A stretch of DNA of 64,000 nucleotides, taken from the NCBI GenBank assembly GCA_041660505.1, contig JBAZWG010000001.1:307979-371978 (forward strand), read 5' to 3'. The notes below the pieces were generated by a model. It worked only from the letters and a program-made list of their open reading frames with translations, was not told the DNA's origin and searched no databases. Numbering within the stretch: position 1 is the stretch's first letter; every line of letters begins with the position of its first letter. The translations under genes were made by a program, and so were the position numbers. Shown in pieces: positions 9,093 to 16,867 of this stretch. Source of the DNA: Minisyncoccota bacterium (lineage in GTDB: Bacteria > Patescibacteriota > Minisyncoccia > Phycocordibacterales > JACRKE01).

Positions 9093-9359
9093 TTATCTTA
9101 TCTTTTCGACAATAGTGAAGCGCTTCTCCTTTGACATCGGACGGCATGGCATCATGCGGACGACATCCCCTGCGGCGTACTCATTCTTCTCGTCATGTGC
9201 CTTAAACTTCTTATCGTGCACGATAAACTTGCCGTACTTCGGGTGTTTCTTATAGGTTGAGACGAGCACGACCGCAGTCTTGTCCATTTTGTGCGACAAG
9301 ATTTTACCTTGTAAGCCCTTGCCTATTTTCTGACCTGTTTTTTGTGTTTTTGTTTCCAT
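9093..9359 (-). CDS. rpsQ: 30S ribosomal protein S17
   Basis: KMDKTAVV, HPKYGK, AHDE, RPMSKEKRF; start set at ATG 9359 because the upstream extension is repeat sequence. Confidence 0.95.
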   Translation of the reverse strand: METKTQKTGQKIGKGLQGKILSHKMDKTAVVLVSTYKKHPKYGKFIVHDKKFKAHDEKNEYAAGDVVRMMPCRPMSKEKRFTIVEKIR

Positions 9360-9377
9360 AATAATTTTGTCTTCTTT

Positions 9378-9413
9378 AAGGTTCAACCTTTTGGATGCCT
9401 AGGGTTGAACCTT
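9378..9413. repeat. Family A dyad (rpmC-rpsQ spacer)
   Basis: Nearly identical over ~60 bp to the 10135 copy. Confidence 0.9.
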
Positions 9414-9422
9414 TTCCAGTCT

Positions 9423-9629
9423 TTACTTTTTCTCGTTCAATTTAGTCAGAATTCGGGCGATATCGCGCTTCATAACACTTGATGCCTTCACGTTCTTCAC
9501 TCGCGCGCCGGAGACACCGAAGCGGAAGTTCTTTAACGCCTCGCGTTTCTCGCCGAGCATTTTCTTCAAGGCATCGGTGCCTGAGTCTTGAACTTCTTTG
9601 CGATGAGTTGTAGTGTGTTTCGTTGCCAT
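9423..9629 (-). CDS. rpmC: 50S ribosomal protein L29
   Basis: Position between rplP and rpsQ; KRDIARILT. Confidence 0.9.
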   Translation of the reverse strand: MATKHTTTHRKEVQDSGTDALKKMLGEKREALKNFRFGVSGARVKNVKASSVMKRDIARILTKLNEKK

Positions 9630-9645
9630 ATTTTTTGTATTTTGT

Positions 9646-9696
9646 ACTTGGACGCTCGGCTTCTGGGAACAGGGCACGGAAGCCGAGCGTCCAAGT
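9646..9696. repeat. Family B hairpin (rplP-rpmC spacer)
   Basis: Perfect 18-bp inverted repeat. Confidence 0.9.
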
Positions 9697-9699
9697 TCC

Positions 9700-10116
9700 T
9701 TATCTTGCTATAATCCTTGTCTTAACGCCGAGCTTCGTGCCTGCTTTGCGGAGCGCCTCGCGCGCCGTTGCCTCATCGGTACCGTCGATCTCAAAGAGAA
9801 TACGACCCGGGTCCACCTGGACGCAGTAGCCTTGCGGATCGCCCTTGCCCTTACCCATCTTCACTTCTGCCGGCTTGGCGGTGAATGGTCGGTCGGGGAA
9901 GACGCGAATCCAGAGCTTACCCGTCTTCTTCAAGCATCGCATGATTGCTTTGCGGGATGCTTCAATCTCGTTCGAGCGGATGCGGTCGTGACCCTCGGTC
10001 TTGAGTCCGAATGAACCGAAGGCGAGCGTGGTACCGCGCGTCTCCATGCGCACTTTGCCTGTGTTTTTGCGGCCGGTCTGCCACTTTCTGAATTTTACTT
10101 TTTTCGGGAGTAACAT
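9700..10116 (-). CDS. rplP: 50S ribosomal protein L16
   Basis: [27 protein letters not shown]. Confidence 0.97.
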   Translation of the reverse strand: MLLPKKVKFRKWQTGRKNTGKVRMETRGTTLAFGSFGLKTEGHDRIRSNEIEASRKAIMRCLKKTGKLWIRVFPDRPFTAKPAEVKMGKGKGDPQGYCVQVDPGRILFEIDGTDEATAREALRKAGTKLGVKTRIIAR

Positions 10117-10134
10117 AAATTTTTTGTCTTCTTT

Positions 10135-10170
10135 AAGGTTCAACCTTTTGGATGCCTAAGGTTGAACCTT
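10135..10170. repeat. Family A dyad (rpsC-rplP spacer)
   Basis: Read directly from sequence. Confidence 0.9.
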
Positions 10171-10179
10171 TTCCAGTCT

Positions 10180-10872
10180 TTATTTCTTTGCTTCGTTCTG
10201 CGTCTGCGACTTCTTGGCGGCTTCGAAGATTTCTCCGCGATAAATCCATACTTTGATACCAATGTCGCCATATGACATGTGCGCCTTTTCGCGAGCGAAG
10301 TCGATATCGGCGCGGAGTGTCTGAAGCGGGAGACGTCCTTTCATCAGCGCTTCTCGGCGGCTCATATCAGCACCGCCCAAACGGCCGGACAGTACGACGC
10401 GCACGCCTTGCACGTCGCGGTTGGCGGACACTTTCTCGATTGCTTGCTTCATAACGCGACGGAATGTCAGGCGCTTCTCCAAGCTCTCGGCAATCTGCAT
10501 TGCGACGACTGCCGCATGCTTCTCCGGTACGCGGACCTCTTCAATCTCGAGACGCACATCCTTTGGTACCTCGATCTTCCAGCGTTTGAGCTGGGCCATG
10601 ATGTCGGTGCGGAGTTTGGTTACCCCTTCCCCACTTCTGCCGATAATCATACCCGGGCGGGCGGTCTTGATGATGATTTTATAGCTGTTGGCACCGCGCT
10701 CGAATTCAATACCGTCCAGAGAGTACGGGCGCAATTTCTTTTGTAAATATTCACGAAGAAGCACGTCGGCCTTCAAGAACGAACGGAATTTGCCGGCCTC
10801 GCCATACCAGCGCGAGCGCCAGTCTCGCAGAATTACCAATCTATGTGCATATGGATGGACTTTGTGTGACAT
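10180..10872 (-). CDS. rpsC: 30S ribosomal protein S3
   Basis: KH motif RPGMIIGRSG, GRLGGA, PLQTLRADIDF, GIKVWIY. Confidence 0.97.
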   Translation of the reverse strand: MSHKVHPYAHRLVILRDWRSRWYGEAGKFRSFLKADVLLREYLQKKLRPYSLDGIEFERGANSYKIIIKTARPGMIIGRSGEGVTKLRTDIMAQLKRWKIEVPKDVRLEIEEVRVPEKHAAVVAMQIAESLEKRLTFRRVMKQAIEKVSANRDVQGVRVVLSGRLGGADMSRREALMKGRLPLQTLRADIDFAREKAHMSYGDIGIKVWIYRGEIFEAAKKSQTQNEAKK

Positions 10873-10874
10873 AA

Positions 10875-11270
10875 TTATTTTTGAACTTGGACGCTTGGCT
10901 TCCGGGCCTTGTTTTGAGAAGCCGAGCGTCCAAGTTCCTTACCTTCATCGAGCGTAAGCGAGATGTGGCTGGTGCGCTTGTGGATCGGGTAGGCTCGGCC
11001 GAAGGCGCGGGGCATTGAGCGCTTCATTGTGACACCGGCGTTAACCGTTACATTCTTCACCATCAAGCTGTCTTTGTTCAATTTAAAATTATTCTCTGCG
11101 TTGGCAACAGCGGACATAAGCAATTTCTTCATTGGAGCCGCACCGCGCTTAACCATAAGGTCGAGCTGGGCCAAAGCGTCACTCACCTGCCTGCCGCGAA
11201 TAGCGTCGGCAATGAGACGGACTTTGCGGGGTGATTGTCTATAAGATTGTAATGATGCTTTGACTTCCAT
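10875..11270 (-). CDS. rplV: 50S ribosomal protein L22 with a repeat-encoded C-terminal tail
   Basis: SPRKVRLIAD, SAVANAENN, PRAFGRA; last ~20 aa encoded by a family B repeat. Confidence 0.97.
   Translation of the reverse strand: MEVKASLQSYRQSPRKVRLIADAIRGRQVSDALAQLDLMVKRGAAPMKKLLMSAVANAENNFKLNKDSLMVKNVTVNAGVTMKRSMPRAFGRAYPIHKRTSHISLTLDEGKELGRSASQNKARKPSVQVQK
10885..10935. repeat. Family B hairpin inside the rplV 3' coding region
   Basis: ACTTGGACGCTTGGCTTC...GAAGCCGAGCGTCCAAGT. Confidence 0.9.
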
Positions 11271-11301
11271 ATTCTTAAATTCTCAAATTCTCTAATTCTG
11301 T

Positions 11302-11655
11302 TTATTTCTTCGCTCCCGTGGCTGCAGTCGTCGCCTCTTTGGCAGACTTAGCGGCGTTAAGCTCAGCCTCCTTCTTTTTGGCTTCAAGCTCCTTCTGCAT
11401 CTTACCACCATGGCGAAGGAATTTGCGGGTAACCGAGAATTCGCCCAATCGATGCCCCACCATGTCTTCGGTCACAAGGACCTCGATATGTGCACGGCCG
11501 TTGTGGACGCCAAACTTGAATCCGACCATCTCCGGCGCGATCTGGCAGGCGCGCGACCAAGTCTTAATAACCCCGGCTTGATCCGGCTTCTTACCCTCAA
11601 TCTTTTTCATGAGTCGCGGGTCGACGTATGGGCCTTTCTTGAGTGATCGTGACAT
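11302..11655 (-). CDS. rpsS: 30S ribosomal protein S19
   Basis: [29 protein letters not shown]. Confidence 0.97.
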   Translation of the reverse strand: MSRSLKKGPYVDPRLMKKIEGKKPDQAGVIKTWSRACQIAPEMVGFKFGVHNGRAHIEVLVTEDMVGHRLGEFSVTRKFLRHGGKMQKELEAKKKEAELNAAKSAKEATTAATGAKK

Positions 11656-11692
11656 TGTTTTGAAAATAATGTCCCCAAAGGGACAATGCGCT

Positions 11693-11722
11693 ATACTACC
11701 AGAAAACAGCCCCCTCTGTCAA
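11693..11722 (-). promoter_or_regulatory. Internal promoter for rpsS, TTGACA-18-TAGTAT with extended TG
   Basis: Minus strand reads TTGACA GAGGGGGCTGTTTTCTGG TAGTAT. Confidence 0.6.
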
Positions 11723-11729
11723 CGAAAAT

Positions 11730-11764
11730 ATCCCATGTCCGAGGTCTCGCCTCGGACATGGGAT
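11730..11764. repeat. REP-like hairpin at the RAYT 3' end
   Basis: ATCCCATGTCCGAGG-TCTCG-CCTCGGACATGGGAT. Confidence 0.9.
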
Positions 11765-12510
11765 TATTCCTTAAATCCGAGCTCGGCTATGGCTGGGTCC
11801 TCCCCCTCAACCAGTTCTTCAGCATCTTCGAACAAGAAGTCTCGGTGCTCTTTTTTATCTTCGAAGATCTCCCAAAATAACTCGGGCGTAAGTAGTGAAG
11901 GAAAGTTTTTCGCTCCCAAATAGTCAGCACAGCTCGACCAGCGATAATTCTTCAAAAAAGCCTCTATTCTTCTATTGTCCGAGGCGAGACCTCGGACATC
12001 GTGTATTGGCATGAGATCGACGGGATTAAGGTGTATATATCGCGCCAATACCGGAAGATACTGCTCATTGGTCACTTCCTTGCTCTTGAATAGTCCTTGG
12101 TAAAGTGCGCCTGTGCGCTTGTGCTTTTTATTAAAAAACATCGTATGCCCTGTCAGAACTTTTTGCATGAACTTACTCAATCCCGTATCGGTCTTCGGCG
12201 AAAGTAGGAGGTGGATATGGTTCGGCATCAGCGCATAGGCCACAATGTCTACGAGCTTCTCCCGTTTATCGGGCTTTTCTGTCTTGTCCGAGGTCTCGCC
12301 TCGGACATTAGAATTTGAGGGGGTTTTACCTGCGTCGCCCTTCAGTTTACCTTCGTTGCGGATCTTTTCTATCGGTGCGGTGTCGTTACAGACATACAAA
12401 TAATGAATAAACCGCCTGTAGTCGCGATTGTCCAGAAAAATATCGCGCTTCTCCGTCCCCCGATTATAGATATGATAATAAGCTCCCGCCTCAAATGGTA
12501 TTCGTTCCAT
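11764..12510 (-). mobile_element. REP-associated tyrosine transposase (RAYT) / IS200-like Y1 HUH transposase
   Basis: YYHIYNRG, AYALMPNHIHLLL (HUH), G.LYQG.FKS, RYIHLNP (catalytic Tyr), YRWSS; flanked by and containing REP-like hairpins; TATACT 7 nt before ATG 12510. Confidence 0.9.
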
Positions 12511-12532
12511 ATAGCCTAGTATACCACGGATA

Positions 12533-12557
12533 ATGGCGGAGGTTGAACCTCCGCCAT
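12533..12557. repeat. REP-like hairpin upstream of the RAYT
   Basis: ATGGCGGAGGT-TGA-ACCTCCGCCAT; core shared with family A. Confidence 0.9.
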
Positions 12558-12561
12558 ATAA

Positions 12562-12596
12562 CAAAAAACACCATTCTTATTGAATAGTGTTTTTTA
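12562..12596 (-). terminator. Intrinsic terminator after rplB
   Basis: Minus strand reads AAAAAACACTATTC-AATAA-GAATGGTGTTTTTT. Confidence 0.6.
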
Positions 12597-12611
12597 GTTT
12601 TGATTTTCTTT

Positions 12612-13451
12612 TTATCGAGCTTTGCGGCCGGGGCGTCTACTGACGACGAAGACGTTTGAATACTTCTTGGGTGTGCGGGTTTTGTGGCCTCCGGTGACCT
12701 TTCCAGTGCGGGTCTTTGGGCGCTTGGTGCCACGGCCTTGGCGGCCTTCTCCACCACCATATGGATGATCTACCGGGTTCATGGCCGTACCACGGACCTT
12801 CGGACGTCTACCGAGCCAGCGTGATTTGCCTGCCTTGCCTAATTGAACGAGTTGGTTCTCATCATTCGATACTGCGCCAATCGTGGCGTAACTGTTCTCG
12901 TTGACTTTGCGGACTTCGCCGGATGGGAGTTTGATACTCGTAAATCCTGCGTCGGATGCAAGCACTTCACAAAAATTACCGGCCGAGCGGGCGATCTTGG
13001 CGCCGCCACGGGGGTGAATTTCGATATTATAGACAAATGTTCCGGCCATCAGTTTCTTGAGCGGCAGTCTGTTGCCGGTTGCGACCGGTGCATTCTCGGA
13101 CACAATAAAGCTGTCGCCTACTTTCATGTTCTTCGGTGCCAAAATATAGCGACGTTCACCATCTTTATAGAGTACGAGCGCAATGAAGCCTGTGCGGTTC
13201 GGGTCATATTCAACAGACTCGACAGTCGCCGGAATATCAAATTTGTTGTACATGAAATCCACAAGGCGATACATGCGCTTGTGTCCGCCACCTTTGTGGA
13301 ACGAAGTAACACGACCCTTATTATTACGGCCAACATCGCGCTTACCACCCAAGGTAAGAGCCTTATGTGGTTCATTACGCGTAATAAACTCCCGGTAATT
13401 GATGCCGGTCATATTGCGTCTGGATTTGGATGTGGGAGAGTAGTGTTTCAT
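12612..13451 (-). CDS. rplB: 50S ribosomal protein L2
   Basis: GGGHKR, EYDPNR, RPKVRGTAMNPVDHPYGGGEG. Confidence 0.98.
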   Translation of the reverse strand: MKHYSPTSKSRRNMTGINYREFITRNEPHKALTLGGKRDVGRNNKGRVTSFHKGGGHKRMYRLVDFMYNKFDIPATVESVEYDPNRTGFIALVLYKDGERRYILAPKNMKVGDSFIVSENAPVATGNRLPLKKLMAGTFVYNIEIHPRGGAKIARSAGNFCEVLASDAGFTSIKLPSGEVRKVNENSYATIGAVSNDENQLVQLGKAGKSRWLGRRPKVRGTAMNPVDHPYGGGEGRQGRGTKRPKTRTGKVTGGHKTRTPKKYSNVFVVSRRPGRKAR

Positions 13452-13462
13452 ATTGGTTTTCC

Positions 13463-13499
13463 GAGGCGAGACCTCCGCCTTTGCCGGAGGTCTCGCCTC
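13463..13499. repeat. Family A variant dyad GAGGCGAGACCTC-N11-GAGGTCTCGCCTC (rplW-rplB spacer)
   Basis: Same core as the RAYT-associated hairpins. Confidence 0.85.
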
Positions 13500-13507
13500 T
13501 TCTATCG

Positions 13508-13804
13508 TTATGCAATTTCAATCTTATCGCCCTTTTTTAAATAGATTACCGCTTTCTTCACGCCTCCCTTGAAGCCGGCTTTACCGCGGACGACGACCGC
13601 CTTGCGCGGATTGGTCGTGATAGCCACCTTCTTCGGTGTGACACCGAACAGTTTCTTAACGGCATTAACCACTTCTGCCTTGTTGGCGCGCGCGTCAATC
13701 TCGAAGGTATATGTAGGAGTGTCCACGCGCTCGGCAAGCATCGTCGCCTTCTCTGTTATGCGCGGTCTTCGTAATACCGTAAATTGTGCGTGTAAATTTT
13801 TCAT
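13508..13804 (-). CDS. rplW: 50S ribosomal protein L23
   Basis: PRITEKA, ANK, KKAVIYL. Confidence 0.95.
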   Translation of the reverse strand: MKNLHAQFTVLRRPRITEKATMLAERVDTPTYTFEIDARANKAEVVNAVKKLFGVTPKKVAITTNPRKAVVVRGKAGFKGGVKKAVIYLKKGDKIEIA

Positions 13805-13805
13805 A

Positions 13806-14468
13806 TTATGCGCGGTTGGCCAGCTTCTTTAAACTTTTTTCCGGATTCTCGATTACGATATATTTATACTGCAGTGCATCGACCGGGTTAATGTTGCGTG
13901 CCTCATCAATCTTGGCCGACTGGATATTGCGGAAGCTCTTGAAGAGTTCGGTATTGGCCTCGCCCATAAGGACAAGGGCGCGCGAACCATTCTTGTACGC
14001 GATCTTCTCGTAGCCGGAAATTTTCGAAAATGCAACAAGACTCTCGGCTGCTTTCTTGGTCTTGGGTGCGGCGCCAAAGTTGAAGCTGTCAACGAAAAGC
14101 AATTCGCCCTCCTTCATCTTTTGCGACAAGATAGCGAACAAGGCCTTGGTCTTCATCTGCTTGTTGACCTTGCGAACGTAGTTGCGCTCCTTTAATGGTC
14201 CGTGTGTGACTCCACCGTGGCGCCATAATGGCGAACGGATAGAGCCATGGCGTGCGCGGCCTGTCCCCTTCTGCTTCCACGGCTTGATACCGCCACCGGC
14301 CACTTCGGCGCGATCTTTGGCATCCGCCCACGGCTCACGAGCTGACGATTGCATCGAAGTAATCACTTGGTGCACCATGTCGCTATTCCACGGCGTCGAG
14401 AATACCGAACGTGGGAGTGTTACCTTGCCCGTCTCTTTGCCCTCTTGATTGTAGACTTTTGCTTCCAT
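13806..14468 (-). CDS. rplD: 50S ribosomal protein L4
   Basis: KPWKQKGTGRARHGSIRSP. Confidence 0.97.
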   Translation of the reverse strand: MEAKVYNQEGKETGKVTLPRSVFSTPWNSDMVHQVITSMQSSAREPWADAKDRAEVAGGGIKPWKQKGTGRARHGSIRSPLWRHGGVTHGPLKERNYVRKVNKQMKTKALFAILSQKMKEGELLFVDSFNFGAAPKTKKAAESLVAFSKISGYEKIAYKNGSRALVLMGEANTELFKSFRNIQSAKIDEARNINPVDALQYKYIVIENPEKSLKKLANRA

Positions 14469-14477
14469 ATGTATTTT

Positions 14478-14500
14478 CTAAAAACTACAAACTAAAAACT
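14478..14500. repeat. Heptamer tandem repeat CTAAAAA/CTACAAA (rplC-rplD spacer)
   Basis: An identical 23-mer occurs inverted at 43425-43447. Confidence 0.75.
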
Positions 14501-15110
14501 AGTTCTTGCTTCGTATTTCCAACAGTGTTCCCCGACGTCCCGGAACTGCGCCTTCGATAAATAATTTGCCTGCTTCTGAATCAACCCTGACGATTTTGAG
14601 ATTGCGAACGGTGACGCGGTCACTGCCCATGCGGCCGCCCATTTTCTTGCCGCGGAAGACGCGTTGGATACCGCCGGCACCGAGTGAGCCCGGGGCATGT
14701 TCCGAGTGCTTCTGACCATGCGAGCGCGGACCGCCATGGAAGCCGTGACGTTTGATAACACCTTGGAATCCTTTACCCTTAGACGTGCCCGAGACGTGTA
14801 CAACATCGCCCTCTTTGAACTGTGTTAGATCAAGGGCTGAACCGCGAGCAAGATCCGGAACGGTGCGCTTGAAGCGGAACTCTTTAATGGCTTTGGGCTT
14901 GCCTAACTCCTTAACATGTCCGGCAACGGACTTGGAAATATGCTTTCTTGTGCCATAAGCAACCTGCGCGGCATCATATCCATCCTTGGCTTTTGTCTTT
15001 ACTTGAGTGACGACATTGGCGGCGGCGTTAATAACCGTGACCGGATGCACCGTGCCTTTGTCATCGAAGATCTGACTCATGTATTCTTTTGTACCCAAAA
15101 TGAACTTCAT
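14499..15110 (-). CDS. rplC: 50S ribosomal protein L3
   Basis: SKGKGFQGVIKRHGF, SHG, GKKMGGRMG. Confidence 0.97.
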   Translation of the reverse strand: MKFILGTKEYMSQIFDDKGTVHPVTVINAAANVVTQVKTKAKDGYDAAQVAYGTRKHISKSVAGHVKELGKPKAIKEFRFKRTVPDLARGSALDLTQFKEGDVVHVSGTSKGKGFQGVIKRHGFHGGPRSHGQKHSEHAPGSLGAGGIQRVFRGKKMGGRMGSDRVTVRNLKIVRVDSEAGKLFIEGAVPGRRGTLLEIRSKN

Positions 15111-15133
15111 AACGGAATTTTAGAATTTAGGAA

Positions 15134-15481
15134 TTACAGCATCTTTACGTCAATATTCACACCGGCTGGCAAACTTAAATTCGTGAGCGACTCGACAATC
15201 TTGGCCGATGGCGACAGGATGTCGATCAAGCGCTTGTGCGTACGCATCTCGAACTGTTCGCGGGAATTTTTGTCGATGAAGGCACCTCTATTGACCGTAT
15301 ACTTCTTGATATCGGTCGGGAGCGGAGTCGGACCTTCTACTGCCGCCTCGTTCCTCATCGCGGTATCTATAATCTGGCGAACACTCTGATCCAGGATCTT
15401 GTGTTCGTAAGCAGACACGCGAATGCGGAGCTTCGTCGGCTTGTCCTTGGCTGATTCAATTTTCTTGGTTTTTGTTGCCAT
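15134..15481 (-). CDS. rpsJ: 30S ribosomal protein S10
   Basis: [23 protein letters not shown]. Confidence 0.97.
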   Translation of the reverse strand: MATKTKKIESAKDKPTKLRIRVSAYEHKILDQSVRQIIDTAMRNEAAVEGPTPLPTDIKKYTVNRGAFIDKNSREQFEMRTHKRLIDILSPSAKIVESLTNLSLPAGVNIDVKML

Positions 15482-15491
15482 AGTGTAATCG

Positions 15492-15523
15492 GAGGTCCGA
15501 CCTCCCTCTGGAGGTCGGACCTC
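15492..15523. repeat. Family A variant dyad GAGGTCCGACCTC-N6-GAGGTCGGACCTC (tuf-rpsJ spacer)
   Basis: Read directly from sequence. Confidence 0.85.
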
Positions 15524-15531
15524 CGATTTCT

Positions 15532-16722
15532 TTACGCGTTGATTTTCGTTACAACTCCTGCACCCACCGTCTTGCCACCTTCACGGATAGCGAAGCGTTG
15601 CTTCTCTTCCAAAGCTACCGGGGCCACGAGCTTGACTGTGATGTTGACCGTATCACCAGGCATAACCATCTCTGTGCCGGCCGGCAATGTCACGTCGCCC
15701 GTCACGTCCGTCGTGCGGACGTAGAACTGCGGCTTGTAACCATTGAAAAACGGCGTGTGACGGCCTCCTTCTTCTTTCTTCAAAACGTAAATTTCTGCGG
15801 TGAAATCGGTGTGAGGAGTGACTGAACCAGTCTTACATAGGACCTGACCGCGGGTAACATCTTCTTTCTTGGTACCGCGGAGGAGAATACCGGCATTGTC
15901 GCCAGCGATACCCTCGTCAAGCTGTTTGTTGAACATTTCGATACCGGTAACGGTCGTCTTGGAAGTCGGGTGAATGCCGACAATTTCTACTTCTTCACCT
16001 ACCTTAATCTTCCCGCGTTCTACACGGCCGGTGACCACAGTACCGCGGCCTTCAATAGAGAACACGTCTTCGATAGGCATGAGGAATGGCTTGGCGACAT
16101 CGCGAACAGGCTCAGGAATATAAGTATCCAAGGCGTCTGTGAGCTCAAGAACTTTCTTGACCCACTCATCATTTACATCCTTGCCTTCCAGCGCCTTAAG
16201 GCCGGAGCCGCGGATAATCGGACAATCCTTATCGAAGCCCTGCTTGGCCAATAGGTCGCGTACCTCCTCTTCAACGAGGTCGATAAGCTCTTTGTCGTCA
16301 ACCATGTCGCATTTGTTCAAGAAGACAAGTACCTTTGGCACACCAATCTGCTTGGCCAAAAGAATGTGCTCGCGAGTCTGTGGCATCACGCCATCGGTTG
16401 CGGCAACAACGAGAATAGCCCCATCCATCTGGGCGGCACCGGTGATCATGTTCTTGATATAGTCGGCGTGTCCCGGAGCGTCGATGTGCGCGTAGTGGCG
16501 TTTATCTGTGGCGTATTCGTTGTGAGAAAGGGCGATAGTAATACCGCGCGCCTTTTCTTCCGGCGCAGAGTCAATCTGGTCTACCGACTTCATGCGCACA
16601 GTCTTACCCGCCAAGTTGAGCGAGTGGAGGATGGCCGCGGTCAAAGTGGTCTTGCCGTGGTCAACGTGACCGATGGTGCCGACATTTACGTGCGGCTTGG
16701 AACGATCAAATGCTTCTGCCAT
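15532..16722 (-). CDS. tuf: Elongation factor Tu
   Basis: [26 protein letters not shown]. Confidence 0.99.
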   Translation of the reverse strand: MAEAFDRSKPHVNVGTIGHVDHGKTTLTAAILHSLNLAGKTVRMKSVDQIDSAPEEKARGITIALSHNEYATDKRHYAHIDAPGHADYIKNMITGAAQMDGAILVVAATDGVMPQTREHILLAKQIGVPKVLVFLNKCDMVDDKELIDLVEEEVRDLLAKQGFDKDCPIIRGSGLKALEGKDVNDEWVKKVLELTDALDTYIPEPVRDVAKPFLMPIEDVFSIEGRGTVVTGRVERGKIKVGEEVEIVGIHPTSKTTVTGIEMFNKQLDEGIAGDNAGILLRGTKKEDVTRGQVLCKTGSVTPHTDFTAEIYVLKKEEGGRHTPFFNGYKPQFYVRTTDVTGDVTLPAGTEMVMPGDTVNITVKLVAPVALEEKQRFAIREGGKTVGAGVVTKINA

Positions 16723-16799
16723 ATTTTTTAAATAAGATTATTAATACTAATTTTTTATAACGTCAGGAATCGCGCTCTACGAGGACGCAATACCTATTT

Positions 16800-16833
16800 A
16801 AAACAAAGCCACGCACATAATCATGCGTGGCTT
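16800..16833 (-). terminator. Hairpin plus U-tract between the surface-protein gene and tuf
   Basis: AAGCCACGCA/TGCGTGGCTT followed by TGTTTT on the minus strand; TTGACG-18-TACTAT lies just upstream. Confidence 0.55.
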
Positions 16834-16867
16834 GTATAGTAGCAGATTCTAGGGCTATCCGTCAATA

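Noticed and set aside
9360-10143. ORF-track N-terminal extensions of rpsQ, rpmC and rplP (MNLKEDK..., MPCSQKPSVQV...), and likewise of nusA, pilB and the RAYT
   Set aside because: They come from alternative starts inside repeat sequence; downstream ATGs match the expected protein starts.
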